Shown here piece by piece: positions 10,301 through 16,558 of a stretch of DNA of 64,000 nt. Below the pieces are notes generated by a model that saw only the letters and a list, made by a program, of their open reading frames with translations, was not told the origin of the DNA and did not search any database. A program made the position numbers and the translations under genes. The DNA is taken from assembly GCA_016187485.1 (NCBI GenBank), contig JACPJO010000004.1, positions 56,306 to 120,305 on the forward strand, in the 5' to 3' direction. This DNA is from Candidatus Uhrbacteria bacterium (lineage in GTDB: Bacteria > Patescibacteriota > Patescibacteriia > UBA9934 > UBA10169). The stretch's first letter is position 1, and each line of letters opens with the position of its first letter.

Positions 10301-11728
10301 ACACGCAATGGGATCCACTTTAATGTCATCCGCCTCGGTATCCGGAGAACCGTAGAAGTACACGATGTTCGCTTGTGCACCAAAACCTGTTCCGTGAATC
10401 GTGACGAAATTATCCGGCGCGCCATTGCCAAGCGAAACCGATTGAATCCGCGGACCCGTGACGCAAACGCCGTTTACACAAAGCCCCGACGTGCAATCGC
10501 TGTTTTGGACACACACCGACGCATCGCAAGAAAGACAGTCCTCCCCGCCGCAATCTATCGCCGCCTCATCTTCATTTTGAATGGTGTCGGTACAGTGCGG
10601 GGCAAGAGCCGTCACGGGCACGCTGGAGGATGTCGTTTGATTACCGGCACAATCTGCCGCCACCGCGCGAATGGCATGGGTACTCGCTGGGGTAAGGTTC
10701 CCGGGCGTCCACGAACCCGATGCAAGACAGCTCACGGGACCGTCCCCCGCACAGGATGCCGGACCCGCAGAATCCACGGCTGTATTATCTACCGTAAAGG
10801 TGGTCACGCCCACACCGGAATCATCTGTAAGACTTGCCTGCAGAGACAGGGGGTAGCCCTCGTAGACAGGCGCGCCAGACGACGGATCAGTAATAGTCAC
10901 GGTTGGCCCCGTTGTATCTATGGCATCTGTCGTGGTGAAACCAAAGGAGCACGGCGCGGCAAGCGAACAGGCAATCTCTACGCCGTCCGCGCTTCGTAGA
11001 CCCTCAGAAACACGTACTTCGTAAGAAGTCGCCGGCTCAAAGCAGCGCTCAGAAGAACTGGGACAAGAAGCATCCGGCAGAACAGTAAGCACACGGCCAG
11101 AAGCGGAGAGATCCGTGGAAATAGCGTCCCCTCCGACAGGCGTCACGGTTATGTAAGGGGCAAGGGCGCTCGCGGACGTGGGAAGGTTTCGATTGAAGAG
11201 AATCTGAATCTCCGCATTTCTCGGCACCGAGGGAACCGAGGCCAGACACCCCCACGACGTAACGACAAATTGTGTGCGGTAGTCGGCAGGACATGTGGCG
11301 CAGGTGCTCAAATTTGTATCCTCCGGCCCCCCAATGACGTTGTTCTGCGACGTGGCGCCCACGAGCGATGAAATGACGAATTGCGCAATAGCAAAGGACG
11401 CCAAAATGATGGCAAGCCCGATGACCGCATTAATAATCATGCCGCGCGCTTTGCGCACCTTTTCCTCTTCTCCCTTCGAGAGCATCCACAAAAACCCGGC
11501 GTACAAGATCATGCCAATCAAGACCACGCCAGAGAACGTAATCGCTGCGCGCACAAGCCGCGCAATGATAAGACGGATGTCCGATGTCCCTCCAAACCCC
11601 GCTTGTGTGGCAAAATCTCCGAGGCCCTCGGTAATCGGCGACGAGGCGGCAAAAACAATATCGGGAAGCCACACGAGTGCGCCGAGAGAGAGGAGGAAGA
11701 CCAGTTGGGAGATGATGCGGCGTTTCAT
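1352..11728 (-). CDS. Giant (3458 aa) secreted, membrane-anchored surface protein. N-terminal signal peptide plus two-helix pilin-like hairpin, IPT/TIG-like beta-sandwich repeats, two arrays of Cys-rich CGDG/CGNG-x-EECDDGN-x-DGCS repeats (Myxococcus cysteine-rich-repeat type), C-terminal von Willebrand factor A domain with a MIDAS motif
   Basis: Single uninterrupted ORF with balanced amino-acid composition. N-terminus MKRRIISQLVFLLSLGALVWLPDIVFAASS, then TM helices GVVLIGMILYAGFLWM and AVIGLAIILASFAIAQFVI. Motifs VTIHGTGFG, VTILGQRFG and VNIYGSNLG are IPT-like. Repeats such as CGNGIREGREECDDNGNLDGNGCSATC occur about 6 and about 10 times. The VWA motif is DLIFLIDYSTSMS...GLGTHTAYGL...VILVSDGES. 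Confidence 0.85.
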   Translation of the reverse strand: MKRRIISQLVFLLSLGALVWLPDIVFAASSPITEGLGDFATQAGFGGTSDIRLIIARLVRAAITFSGVVLIGMILYAGFLWMLSKGEEEKVRKARGMIINAVIGLAIILASFAIAQFVISSLVGATSQNNVIGGPEDTNLSTCATCPADYRTQFVVTSWGCLASVPSVPRNAEIQILFNRNLPTSASALAPYITVTPVGGDAISTDLSASGRVLTVLPDASCPSSSERCFEPATSYEVRVSEGLRSADGVEIACSLAAPCSFGFTTTDAIDTTGPTVTITDPSSGAPVYEGYPLSLQASLTDDSGVGVTTFTVDNTAVDSAGPASCAGDGPVSCLASGSWTPGNLTPASTHAIRAVAADCAGNQTTSSSVPVTALAPHCTDTIQNEDEAAIDCGGEDCLSCDASVCVQNSDCTSGLCVNGVCVTGPRIQSVSLGNGAPDNFVTIHGTGFGAQANIVYFYGSPDTEADDIKVDPIACPAPSWNNTQVVVAVPAEAADGAIGVVKAETATTPGITDRTDDDFGPLIQDFDVNDVRRPGLCAVTPGNGLPATRISVVGNNFGEDPTVGAFYLSGPSVYRASFFPAVDTWLDALISLLVPPSTPGDYDLQVFVNDEGSNTIDFSVLSPEDASSAPFISEVTSGRSLCENDIVHAGQLCVSDTQCGTGQCVAHPTEGGVGQYVTILGQRFGSTEGVVVFQDPLLGDVVFEPDFPAACQNAWWTDSAIVAQVPASMTTSEESNPKSIFVRRADYPTSPQSNAEDFTVVSAPATPGVCALAPVAGPVGTAVNIYGSNLGASASEVSVTFHDGVAASPVGFTSSENVSAPVPTGAISGPVSVTVLGAPSNELLFAVGNCQETPSLCTASQICCSNGSCAATPAACGEPSVNAQYVYHFSTGPIPNYPTIRTQCDTSFISPTPSTLWSDGDAVCTNAVVSVSFTPGLPASGMDISTFTNGSFYVDRCTGTGVDPCETVATGHLAGDFLLSTNLSLIFSPATALLPDTWYRATATTGIKNNRGVPLAQAYAYRFKTRSSTTPCEVEEVLVSPPDYTATSDETIPYVALPATGACVLINPDDYAFAWELDRQGKNIHFDVDPPYTVTLGDPESATPATTLLDEVPTNLADLADALLALQTILPEAHALVGPTAATLTSTNTALAAETVTVFSLLNPVLLAGDTLSSALDAAEEAADPVTADPQYGPLEGDINDALLFLGNAAQAFENLQPIFVVPEEETNAGQPALVTATPIGYSISDTEELIVNFTDPAVSLAYPQCTTACVNAEVGAVFNTAMQATGTTGLTGSHVNAVNVLEPNVRVFACEDEFCATFNPTSPVPTALSFVNDPLDVEDGVALTLAGDLSPSMYYRVMIWGGITSEPQSPTVPGIPLWGVTNPDGTPVIPLNYGNYYSWVFRTRDNAAPCGIGNVALSPLEVILEAVGDRASFSASVTGRPDSCAVAGQVLNPLAYAWDWLVNQVTNSATNTQISVATYLPDGTLTATLDTDTDRALSCSAQCLRTGTISYAAVCGDGIVNPFYEDCDVALDPIGCSPTCQTVGVTACANPATDLLCCGNGIREGREECDDNGNLDGNGCSATCLNEGSTAAGLTCNDGTISQFDTVTPDGRSGGEECEDSNTISGDGCSAQCLREGSTPSADIGVHCGNGDVEEGEDCDDGGITSGDGCSANCLAEPLGPGVWSRTTPTGILNGVCGSNGREYNVTTGAGEECDDGNTTSGDGCSAQCQNEGSSVFYPVPSFCGNGGLPELGEECEISSSADDGVGPYDPLQTLEIEAVATQAVVDGEVRTTLRATGSDDATETSAFGTAEIGLSCSCTTDATCGEPALLGCGVSDCCFDRPAVQESTTVPLATTSAGVCRNALVRVAFTQQMGEESILEDNGTKHIVLTAFGEDTNGNGAYDSADVRYTTASDCPTNTTPVIVQDFSDRPWYARLWQNILRVVAPRAWAGSVSCIVASNLSIEDVETNPDEFITRVSVLYNQILEPQTLYRILVEADANYTDANPDGVLSRWGVGLVGNSSVFANFEASWSRIFATGNTICDVDFVQVEDLSASPGLFTQANTAHPLAAEAMTLIGPLAQPIVSVPGVYAWAWSGTSVSTTWGWNSSVADPNIVVVTPGASTSANTTATASTANPAINGVENVMAQLRIMEDTVLSPTTVGRIVGGTVEERVFLCENPWPAVGHFPFVDSAWYAGDPAPGITLTAPYTNFSAFYCRDAGERGTSDDLPALSVVQKTQNIASPGIFKEFLFAVDDPDIHDAIGVRVLSNSNYLSPAEWFAGQGFVGSPAAESVDGFEGVRDGRTVYVSAPNTGAALYPNMYAIAYNEGASAETRQIYQAMLGAWEFAGARDLTTGLLTVTNGRVCATPLPSGDMDPIEVNGELVACSTDAECAAVATGGSPALCDADKDKLRRDLKRLTDVRTIGEALTSYGETHRHCSVTKDQLCFEDSDCSGAEECVASVPTLGSGTYIPSFSLSAWPSWQAQLANALGRAVPTDPLNTFVSCPDGYDAETCYNALAAQAICPADSHVYTYRSIGGEEFWLSTDLEFGVAPPAETTLAWASPVDVDSPLPNLGTYYVGNANLPSPFASTPVLGGFQNARTCNGATFTATNVCGDGLIGSGEICEVGETTSVSCSTNVCANAVNLSFNGLPCTTASDCGSNGSCVATSGTRAVPCVGPSDASGLGCQAFQTASTSAACIPNYCGDGVIQGSETCDDGPLNGQYGFCATNCTWTSAVFCGDGLIGGAEACDCGSAASFNLLAPTPQCRTASASYLNGLYSTDPAYGCAADCSGTAPSCGDGTVNGAAEECDGTNEQWNGKLCVNGDPCTTNAECADGSLCGDPALSWAGVCPASTASDTLGLPQTRTRVCNGLGLPPYTNACRWPTTTGIPGGWQACAPVGSCGNGIPEGIEECDDGDTDEQDACRNNCTQNVCGDGVRNVGVESCDLGGQNGVPCNPAYSDTCNYCSATCTYQTVTGGYCGDGVINGGEVCDGASVPSYCFKGAINPTERVRGEVCGTDADCPFDYTCEALVGTCNGGSATAVDGEYVYNGFPCAQPPPETFDYNKACGDPIFNPDTFGSCVLQDCNASCSLACPFTLEQGAVLAQSETAVNRTTSVDLRSYLSEDPATAGAPDNATLYFPACTVGSALYASVSFDDVEPPNIDLIFLIDYSTSMSYEIDGTPPEADESTRLDIVKEALVDAADELYDAFPNGNLASGIVIFNEVNPATDVLAENPLPNASFTASKSELVLNLSQLANPGTGLGTHTAYGLSRAYELLTTDRPDTDVRIVILVSDGESDDLLAAAAASDTLDTLENTVIYTVAFTSNDDEIAVNNHFSSDVCGVDFYELNNSDGTPECAPPADGVEYAYNAPDADGFQAVVDTITANILGLSLNYETTTGFAGGVASEGDDVLLPFPPGFECPASGAFQIPFHINFNGSGTVNLSDLRLEYCPQ

Positions 11729-11737
11729 GCAAGGTTT

Positions 11738-13648
11738 CTAGGGAGCGGGAGGAGAGAAAATGGGCGGTAGGGGACACGAGCCGGAGGCAAGCGCATTTCC
11801 GTCGCAACAACTTGGCTGTGAGGCATCCACGGCGCAATCCCCCGGCGGGCCATAGGCGGGGTAATAACAAATTTGATAGGCCGACTCCACTTCGTTATTG
11901 ATAAAAGGGTAGTACAGCTGTGTGATGGTATCCTCCAGGTAGTCCAGGAACGACCCGTGCTCCAAAACCGCAACGGTCCCCACGACTTCTGGCTCCGTCG
12001 CAGGCGGGACTGCGGGCACCGTCACTCCCTCCGCAAGAGGCCGATACCAAATTTCATGGAACGGGCGCGGAGCAATGCCCATATTCGTGTTCGTTAGTGA
12101 CCCTACACGCATCGGCACATCAAACGTCACGCGCACGGGGGCAGAAATATCCACGTCGGGCTGATTTAACGTGGGAAGCAAGGACGCGATGGCGGGGCGA
12201 TCGAGGTTTACATCATCCGTCGTTGAAAAAAATGACCAAAAGTTGTCTATGGCAAGATCGTCGTCCGGCTCTGGCGTCAGTGCCGCGTTGGCTGGCGGCC
12301 CATTGGCAATAAGATTTTGGTCGTCGCCGTTTTTCCCACCTCCATCCAGAGAATTCCCTGCCACGTCCACCACGCCATCGTAGCCCACAGCCGTAAAGAG
12401 CGCTTGAGGCGGTTCGGCGCCGAGCGTGGCGGCACGCACCAGAAGCGTAAAGTCATCATTCCCTGGAAGACAGAAGATTGCTCCTCCGCAAGCGTTCTCG
12501 CCGCATTGGTCAAAACTCGTAAATTCGGTCGTGCGGTACCCATTTGTGATGCGCCATGTGCCTTCTACCGGTACCGCGTCACTATCGTCGTCACGCACTT
12601 GGAGGTTTGAGAAAAATCTTGCCGGCGTGGCGGTGGGACGATGCACTCCCGCCGTGGCGGTAGGGTCTACCGCCTCATTGAAGTTCACTTGCACCACGAT
12701 ATTGCGGTCTACAGTCCGATCGGCAACAGGAATAACGCTTTGCACATAGGGCGGGGTAATATCCACCACCGTGGAGACCGTAAATGACCAGGCATAGCCC
12801 GTGGTATTGGGCGGAGGGAAGGCCGGAAACGTTGTCGTAAGGTCAGGGCCAAGTTTCAAAATATCGGCATCCAAAAGGACAGAGTAGTTTTGCTCTTCTT
12901 CTGCGCTTCCAATAAACTCCACCGGGTCAAAGACAAAGATTTTTTTGTCTGCTGTATACGTGACGTCTACGGCATCTTGCACAAGAGCGCCCGCAACCCC
13001 ATCAGCCGTACGGTAAATTTTCACATTGCCCGCATTCACTTTACCCCGCGGGACTTCGGCCACCGGATCAATCGTGCCCGGAGCAATGAGGGAGTCAACA
13101 AACATCGATTCTTTAAATGTCACGATAATTTTTGTGTTGCGCGGGATCTCTACCGCTCCGCGAGCGGGATAATGATCTTCGATAATCCCCTGCCCCAGCG
13201 CTCCCGAAAGCGGTTCAATAAAGCCGGCAATGTTGGTAGAGGTAGATGGCTGGCGAAGCCCGAGCGAGCGCAGAAGCGCACTTAAGATAAACGAAGCGAT
13301 TCCGTAAGACGCAAGCACGATAGCCAAACCGATGACGGCGGTGCGAATGATGCCGCGCGCGGTTTGGATTTTCTTGGGATCGCCACCTGCCAGCATGTAG
13401 CGAATACCGGCGTACACAATGAGACAGACAAAGACGATGCCCAAAAACCCAATGACCGCACGAACAATCTTTGCTGCAATCACGCGAACGTCTTGTGTGG
13501 GCAGACCCTGAGCGCCAATGTCAGAAAGATTTGCGCCAAGCCCTGCTTCTGCGCCGAATGCTATCGACGAGAGAAAAAACAAACCCGCCGTCACGCTAAG
13601 AGTGATGGCTAAAAAAAGAGCGCTGCGTTTTGCACCCACAAACCGCAT
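11738..13648 (-). CDS. 636-aa secreted, membrane-anchored protein. Its N-terminal signal peptide plus two-TM hairpin module is paralogous to that of the giant protein
   Basis: N-terminus MRFVGAKRSALFLAITLSVTAGLFFLSSIAFGA...VRVIAAKIVRAVIGFLGIVFVCLIVYAGIRYMLAGGDPKKIQTARGIIRTAVIGLAIVLASYGIASFI aligns residue-by-residue with the giant protein's N-terminus. Its stop lies 10 nt upstream of the giant gene's start. Confidence 0.75.
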   Translation of the reverse strand: MRFVGAKRSALFLAITLSVTAGLFFLSSIAFGAEAGLGANLSDIGAQGLPTQDVRVIAAKIVRAVIGFLGIVFVCLIVYAGIRYMLAGGDPKKIQTARGIIRTAVIGLAIVLASYGIASFILSALLRSLGLRQPSTSTNIAGFIEPLSGALGQGIIEDHYPARGAVEIPRNTKIIVTFKESMFVDSLIAPGTIDPVAEVPRGKVNAGNVKIYRTADGVAGALVQDAVDVTYTADKKIFVFDPVEFIGSAEEEQNYSVLLDADILKLGPDLTTTFPAFPPPNTTGYAWSFTVSTVVDITPPYVQSVIPVADRTVDRNIVVQVNFNEAVDPTATAGVHRPTATPARFFSNLQVRDDDSDAVPVEGTWRITNGYRTTEFTSFDQCGENACGGAIFCLPGNDDFTLLVRAATLGAEPPQALFTAVGYDGVVDVAGNSLDGGGKNGDDQNLIANGPPANAALTPEPDDDLAIDNFWSFFSTTDDVNLDRPAIASLLPTLNQPDVDISAPVRVTFDVPMRVGSLTNTNMGIAPRPFHEIWYRPLAEGVTVPAVPPATEPEVVGTVAVLEHGSFLDYLEDTITQLYYPFINNEVESAYQICYYPAYGPPGDCAVDASQPSCCDGNALASGSCPLPPIFSPPAP

Positions 13649-13689
13649 GCGTCTATTATACTCTACTTTCTCTTTATCTTGTGTGGATA

Positions 13690-14130
13690 CTACACGAGAA
13701 TCTTCTCGGCAGTCGCACGGACGCGCGCGCCATCCGCCCGGCCGACCAGACGCTTCACCGCCGCTCCGATAACCTTTCCAATATCCGCTTTCGTCTTGGC
13801 ACCCGTCTCCTCGATGACGGCGCGCACGACCGTTTCGATCTCGCTATCGCTCGCTTGCGCAGGGAGATAGGCTTCAAGCGTGGCAATTTCCGCACGCGCT
13901 TTCTGCGACAAATCCTCGCGCGCCGCCGATTCATAGGAGACGAGCCCGTCCTTGAGCGCCTTGAGTTCTTTTTGGATCACGGCCGTCGCCTCTTCATCGG
14001 TAAGCGCGTGCCCCACCTCGATCTGCCGATATTTCATGGCAGACTGCAAAAGGCGCAGCGTCGAAAGTTTACCCGCATCCTTCTGCTTGAGCGCAGAAGT
14101 AAGATCTTCGTGGATACGTTCGGAAAGCAT
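13690..14130 (-). CDS. yqeY: GatB/YqeY-domain protein
   Basis: MLSERIHEDLTSALKQKDAGKLSTLRLLQSAMKYRQIEV... is typical of YqeY. I took the internal ATG at 14130 as the start. The track's longer 225-aa ORF adds a basic, low-complexity N-terminal extension. Confidence 0.7.
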   Translation of the reverse strand: MLSERIHEDLTSALKQKDAGKLSTLRLLQSAMKYRQIEVGHALTDEEATAVIQKELKALKDGLVSYESAAREDLSQKARAEIATLEAYLPAQASDSEIETVVRAVIEETGAKTKADIGKVIGAAVKRLVGRADGARVRATAEKILV

Positions 14131-14194
14131 AGTGGAAACTAGTATAACAGAATTTTGTGGAAACCAAAGAACGGCGCGTGGCCGTTCTTTTGTG

Positions 14195-14443
14195 TTATGT
14201 TCGTGTCGTTTGCGTCGGCCGCGGTTCTTCCTTCCACTGTCCTGTACGCATAAGGTATTCGCGCATGACCGAGAGTTCCAGTCGGCGCAAAGCCGAGGCG
14301 CGGCGTGCCGTCTTGTTCGGTTCGGCGTTGAAAAAACGAATCTTGCGGACCTGAAGCGTCCGTCCACTCAACTGCATGCGGCGGCTGAAGCGGCGGAAGA
14401 GGCTCTCAAAGCTTTCATTTTTTTTGCGTGTGACTTTCAACAT
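14195..14443 (-). CDS. rpsU: 30S ribosomal protein S21
   Basis: MLKVTRKKNESFESLFRRFSRRMQLSGRTLQVRKIRFFNAEPNKTARR matches the S21 family pattern. Confidence 0.8.
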   Translation of the reverse strand: MLKVTRKKNESFESLFRRFSRRMQLSGRTLQVRKIRFFNAEPNKTARRASALRRLELSVMREYLMRTGQWKEEPRPTQTTRT

Positions 14444-14485
14444 AGTTTCACCTCCCAGAGGTGGGCATACGGTACCGATCGCACA

Positions 14486-15787
14486 TTATTCTGTCAACCC
14501 GAGGCGTTTCTTCACCATCGAGACAACTTTGTTTGCATCTACGATTTCCTGGGCTCCCGATTCCATATCGCGAATGATAATCGTCCCGTCCAGAACCTCT
14601 TTTTGGCCCAAGATCAGCGTGATGGCAGCTTCCTGTTTGTTGGCCATCTCAAGTTGCGCCTTGAGCGCTCCTTTGCCAAACGCTTCCGCCACCGGCACGC
14701 CAGCAAGCCGAAACTCTTCATAAAGTTTCAGTCCCTTGCGGCGCGCGGAATCGCCCAGCTGCGCAAAGAAAATCTTGGGTTGAAAACGAGCGGGAGGATG
14801 TAGATTGAGTTCGCGCATGGCATTCACGACACGCTCAATCCCCACAGCGAACCCGCACGCCGGTGTTCCCTCGCGTCCGCCCAGCAATTCCACCAAACCA
14901 TCATATCGCCCGCCAGCCGCAAGCGCCCCCTGCGTCGCCGTCGAGGAACTTTCACTCGATGTGTAGAGCTCAAAGACTGTCTTGTTGTAGTAATCAAGCC
15001 CGCGCACCAAAAACGGATTCAAGCGATACGGCACTTCCACCTCTTCCAAAAATTCCAAGACTTTCATGAAATGTGCCTTGCTCTCTTCATCCAGCCAATC
15101 CACAATCTGCGGCGCTTCAGCAAGCAGCTCTTTTACTGTAGGGTCTTTTGAATCAAGAAGTCGGAGCGGATTCTTTTGGAGACGCACTTTATCGTCCTCG
15201 CTCAACCGCGAGCGGAACTGGCGGAAGTACGCGACCAGCTCCATGATGTATTCCCGTCGCGTTTCGGCGGTGCCAATCGAGTTGACCTCCACAATCGCCG
15301 GAATGTCCAGGTCGCGGAAAAAACGAGAAGCGATGACTATAAGCTGGGCGTCCACGATAGGATCAGCTTCCCCGATGGATTCAAACCCGAATTGATGGAA
15401 CTGGCGATACCGTCCTGCCTGTGGTCGGTCGTGCCGGAACATGGGGCCGAGATAGAAAAACTTTACCGGTTGCGGGCGGTTCAACATGCCGTGATTCACA
15501 TAGGCCCGCGCGATCTGTGCAGTCGCTTCGGGACGGAGTGCCACGCGCGCGCCAGACTTATCCTCGAATGTATACATCTCCTTCTCGACGATGTCCGTGG
15601 CTTTCCCCACGCTCCGATTAAACAGTTCCTCGTACTCTAAGAGCGGGAGCTCGATCTTTGAGAAACTGTAATATTCCGCAAACGAGCGCGCACGGTCACG
15701 GATAATGTCCCAATACGCCTGTTCTTCGGGAAGCACGTCGCGGAACCCACGCAAGGTCTCAATAACCTTCACGCCTTTTTTTGGCAT
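14486..15787 (-). CDS. hisS: Histidyl-tRNA synthetase
   Basis: LRGFRDVLPEE, class II aaRS motifs and an HisRS anticodon-binding C-terminus. The track ORF extends to 15880 with a Lys/Pro-rich extension. The internal ATG at 15787 (MPKKGVKVIETLRGFRD) is the more likely start. Confidence 0.88.
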   Translation of the reverse strand: MPKKGVKVIETLRGFRDVLPEEQAYWDIIRDRARSFAEYYSFSKIELPLLEYEELFNRSVGKATDIVEKEMYTFEDKSGARVALRPEATAQIARAYVNHGMLNRPQPVKFFYLGPMFRHDRPQAGRYRQFHQFGFESIGEADPIVDAQLIVIASRFFRDLDIPAIVEVNSIGTAETRREYIMELVAYFRQFRSRLSEDDKVRLQKNPLRLLDSKDPTVKELLAEAPQIVDWLDEESKAHFMKVLEFLEEVEVPYRLNPFLVRGLDYYNKTVFELYTSSESSSTATQGALAAGGRYDGLVELLGGREGTPACGFAVGIERVVNAMRELNLHPPARFQPKIFFAQLGDSARRKGLKLYEEFRLAGVPVAEAFGKGALKAQLEMANKQEAAITLILGQKEVLDGTIIIRDMESGAQEIVDANKVVSMVKKRLGLTE

Positions 15788-15883
15788 GTTCTCGGCCTCC
15801 TCTGGGGACGGCTTGGGTTTCTCTTCCTTCAACGGTACCGGCTTAACAAATTTCTTCTTTAGCGGTTTTTTGGCAGGCATAGA

Positions 15884-16495
15884 TTAAAGGGTATCGTACA
15901 CGGGCGTTTGAAATCCTCCAAGACGCGAAAACGGGAAGCCGCGGAACCAGACGCGGCCGACCATTAAGTCTCGCCCGACGGGACCGAAACTGCGCGAGTC
16001 AAGACTGTAATCCCGGTTGTCGCCCAGAAGATAATACTCCTGGGCTCCGAGTTCTACGCGCTTCTTCCCCACGGTCTCGGCGCCATCAAGATACGGCTCC
16101 TTAAGCGGAAGTCCCTCGGGGTATGCGTCGTTATAAATCTTTACGCGTCCCTCATCTACCTCGACTGTTTCGCCAGGAAGCCCGATAACGCGCTTGATAA
16201 AATACTGGCTTGGGTCCCGGGGATATTGGAAAACAATAATCTCGCCACGCTCGGGCTCACGAAACCGGTAGGAGATTTCGTCTATCACCAGATACTCATT
16301 GTCGTAAAAATTCGGTTCCATGCTGGCGCCGCGCACAATGAACGGCTGGATCAGAAAAGCGCGGATGGGGATGATGATCGCTGCGGAGATCGCCAAAATC
16401 TGCACGAGTTCTACAATAAAAACAATCACGGAGCCAAAGACCCCGAATCGTTCCGACCAATGCGCCCTCTCCGGCACCGAAGGCATGTCTTCCAT
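15884..16495 (-). CDS. lepB: Signal peptidase I (S26 family)
   Basis: GASMEPNFYDNEYLVIDEISYRF...IKRVIGLPGETV...LGDNRDYSLDSRSFGPV. The track ORF begins at a TTG inside a palindrome at about 16534. The first ATG (MEDMPSVPE) is at about 16495. Confidence 0.85.
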   Translation of the reverse strand: MEDMPSVPERAHWSERFGVFGSVIVFIVELVQILAISAAIIIPIRAFLIQPFIVRGASMEPNFYDNEYLVIDEISYRFREPERGEIIVFQYPRDPSQYFIKRVIGLPGETVEVDEGRVKIYNDAYPEGLPLKEPYLDGAETVGKKRVELGAQEYYLLGDNRDYSLDSRSFGPVGRDLMVGRVWFRGFPFSRLGGFQTPVYDTL

Positions 16496-16534
16496 AGGTG
16501 CGAGCACTTTATCAAGGAAATTTCCAAAAATCAA

Positions 16535-16558
16535 CCCCTCCCTTCGCGAAGGGAGGGG
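16535..16558 (-). terminator. Perfect 24-bp palindrome CCCCTCCCTTCGCGAAGGGAGGGG followed on the minus strand by a T-run (TTGATTTTTGG). Rho-independent terminator or attenuator after the kinase gene
   Basis: Seen directly. It lies between the kinase stop (16559) and the lepB start. Confidence 0.5.

Noticed and set aside
3128-10999. Many long plus-strand ORFs inside the giant gene (e.g. 3128..4303, 7619..8875, 10154..10999)
   Set aside because: They are Arg/Cys-rich and low-complexity, and lie antisense to a single coherent 3458-aa ORF. Artefacts of high GC.
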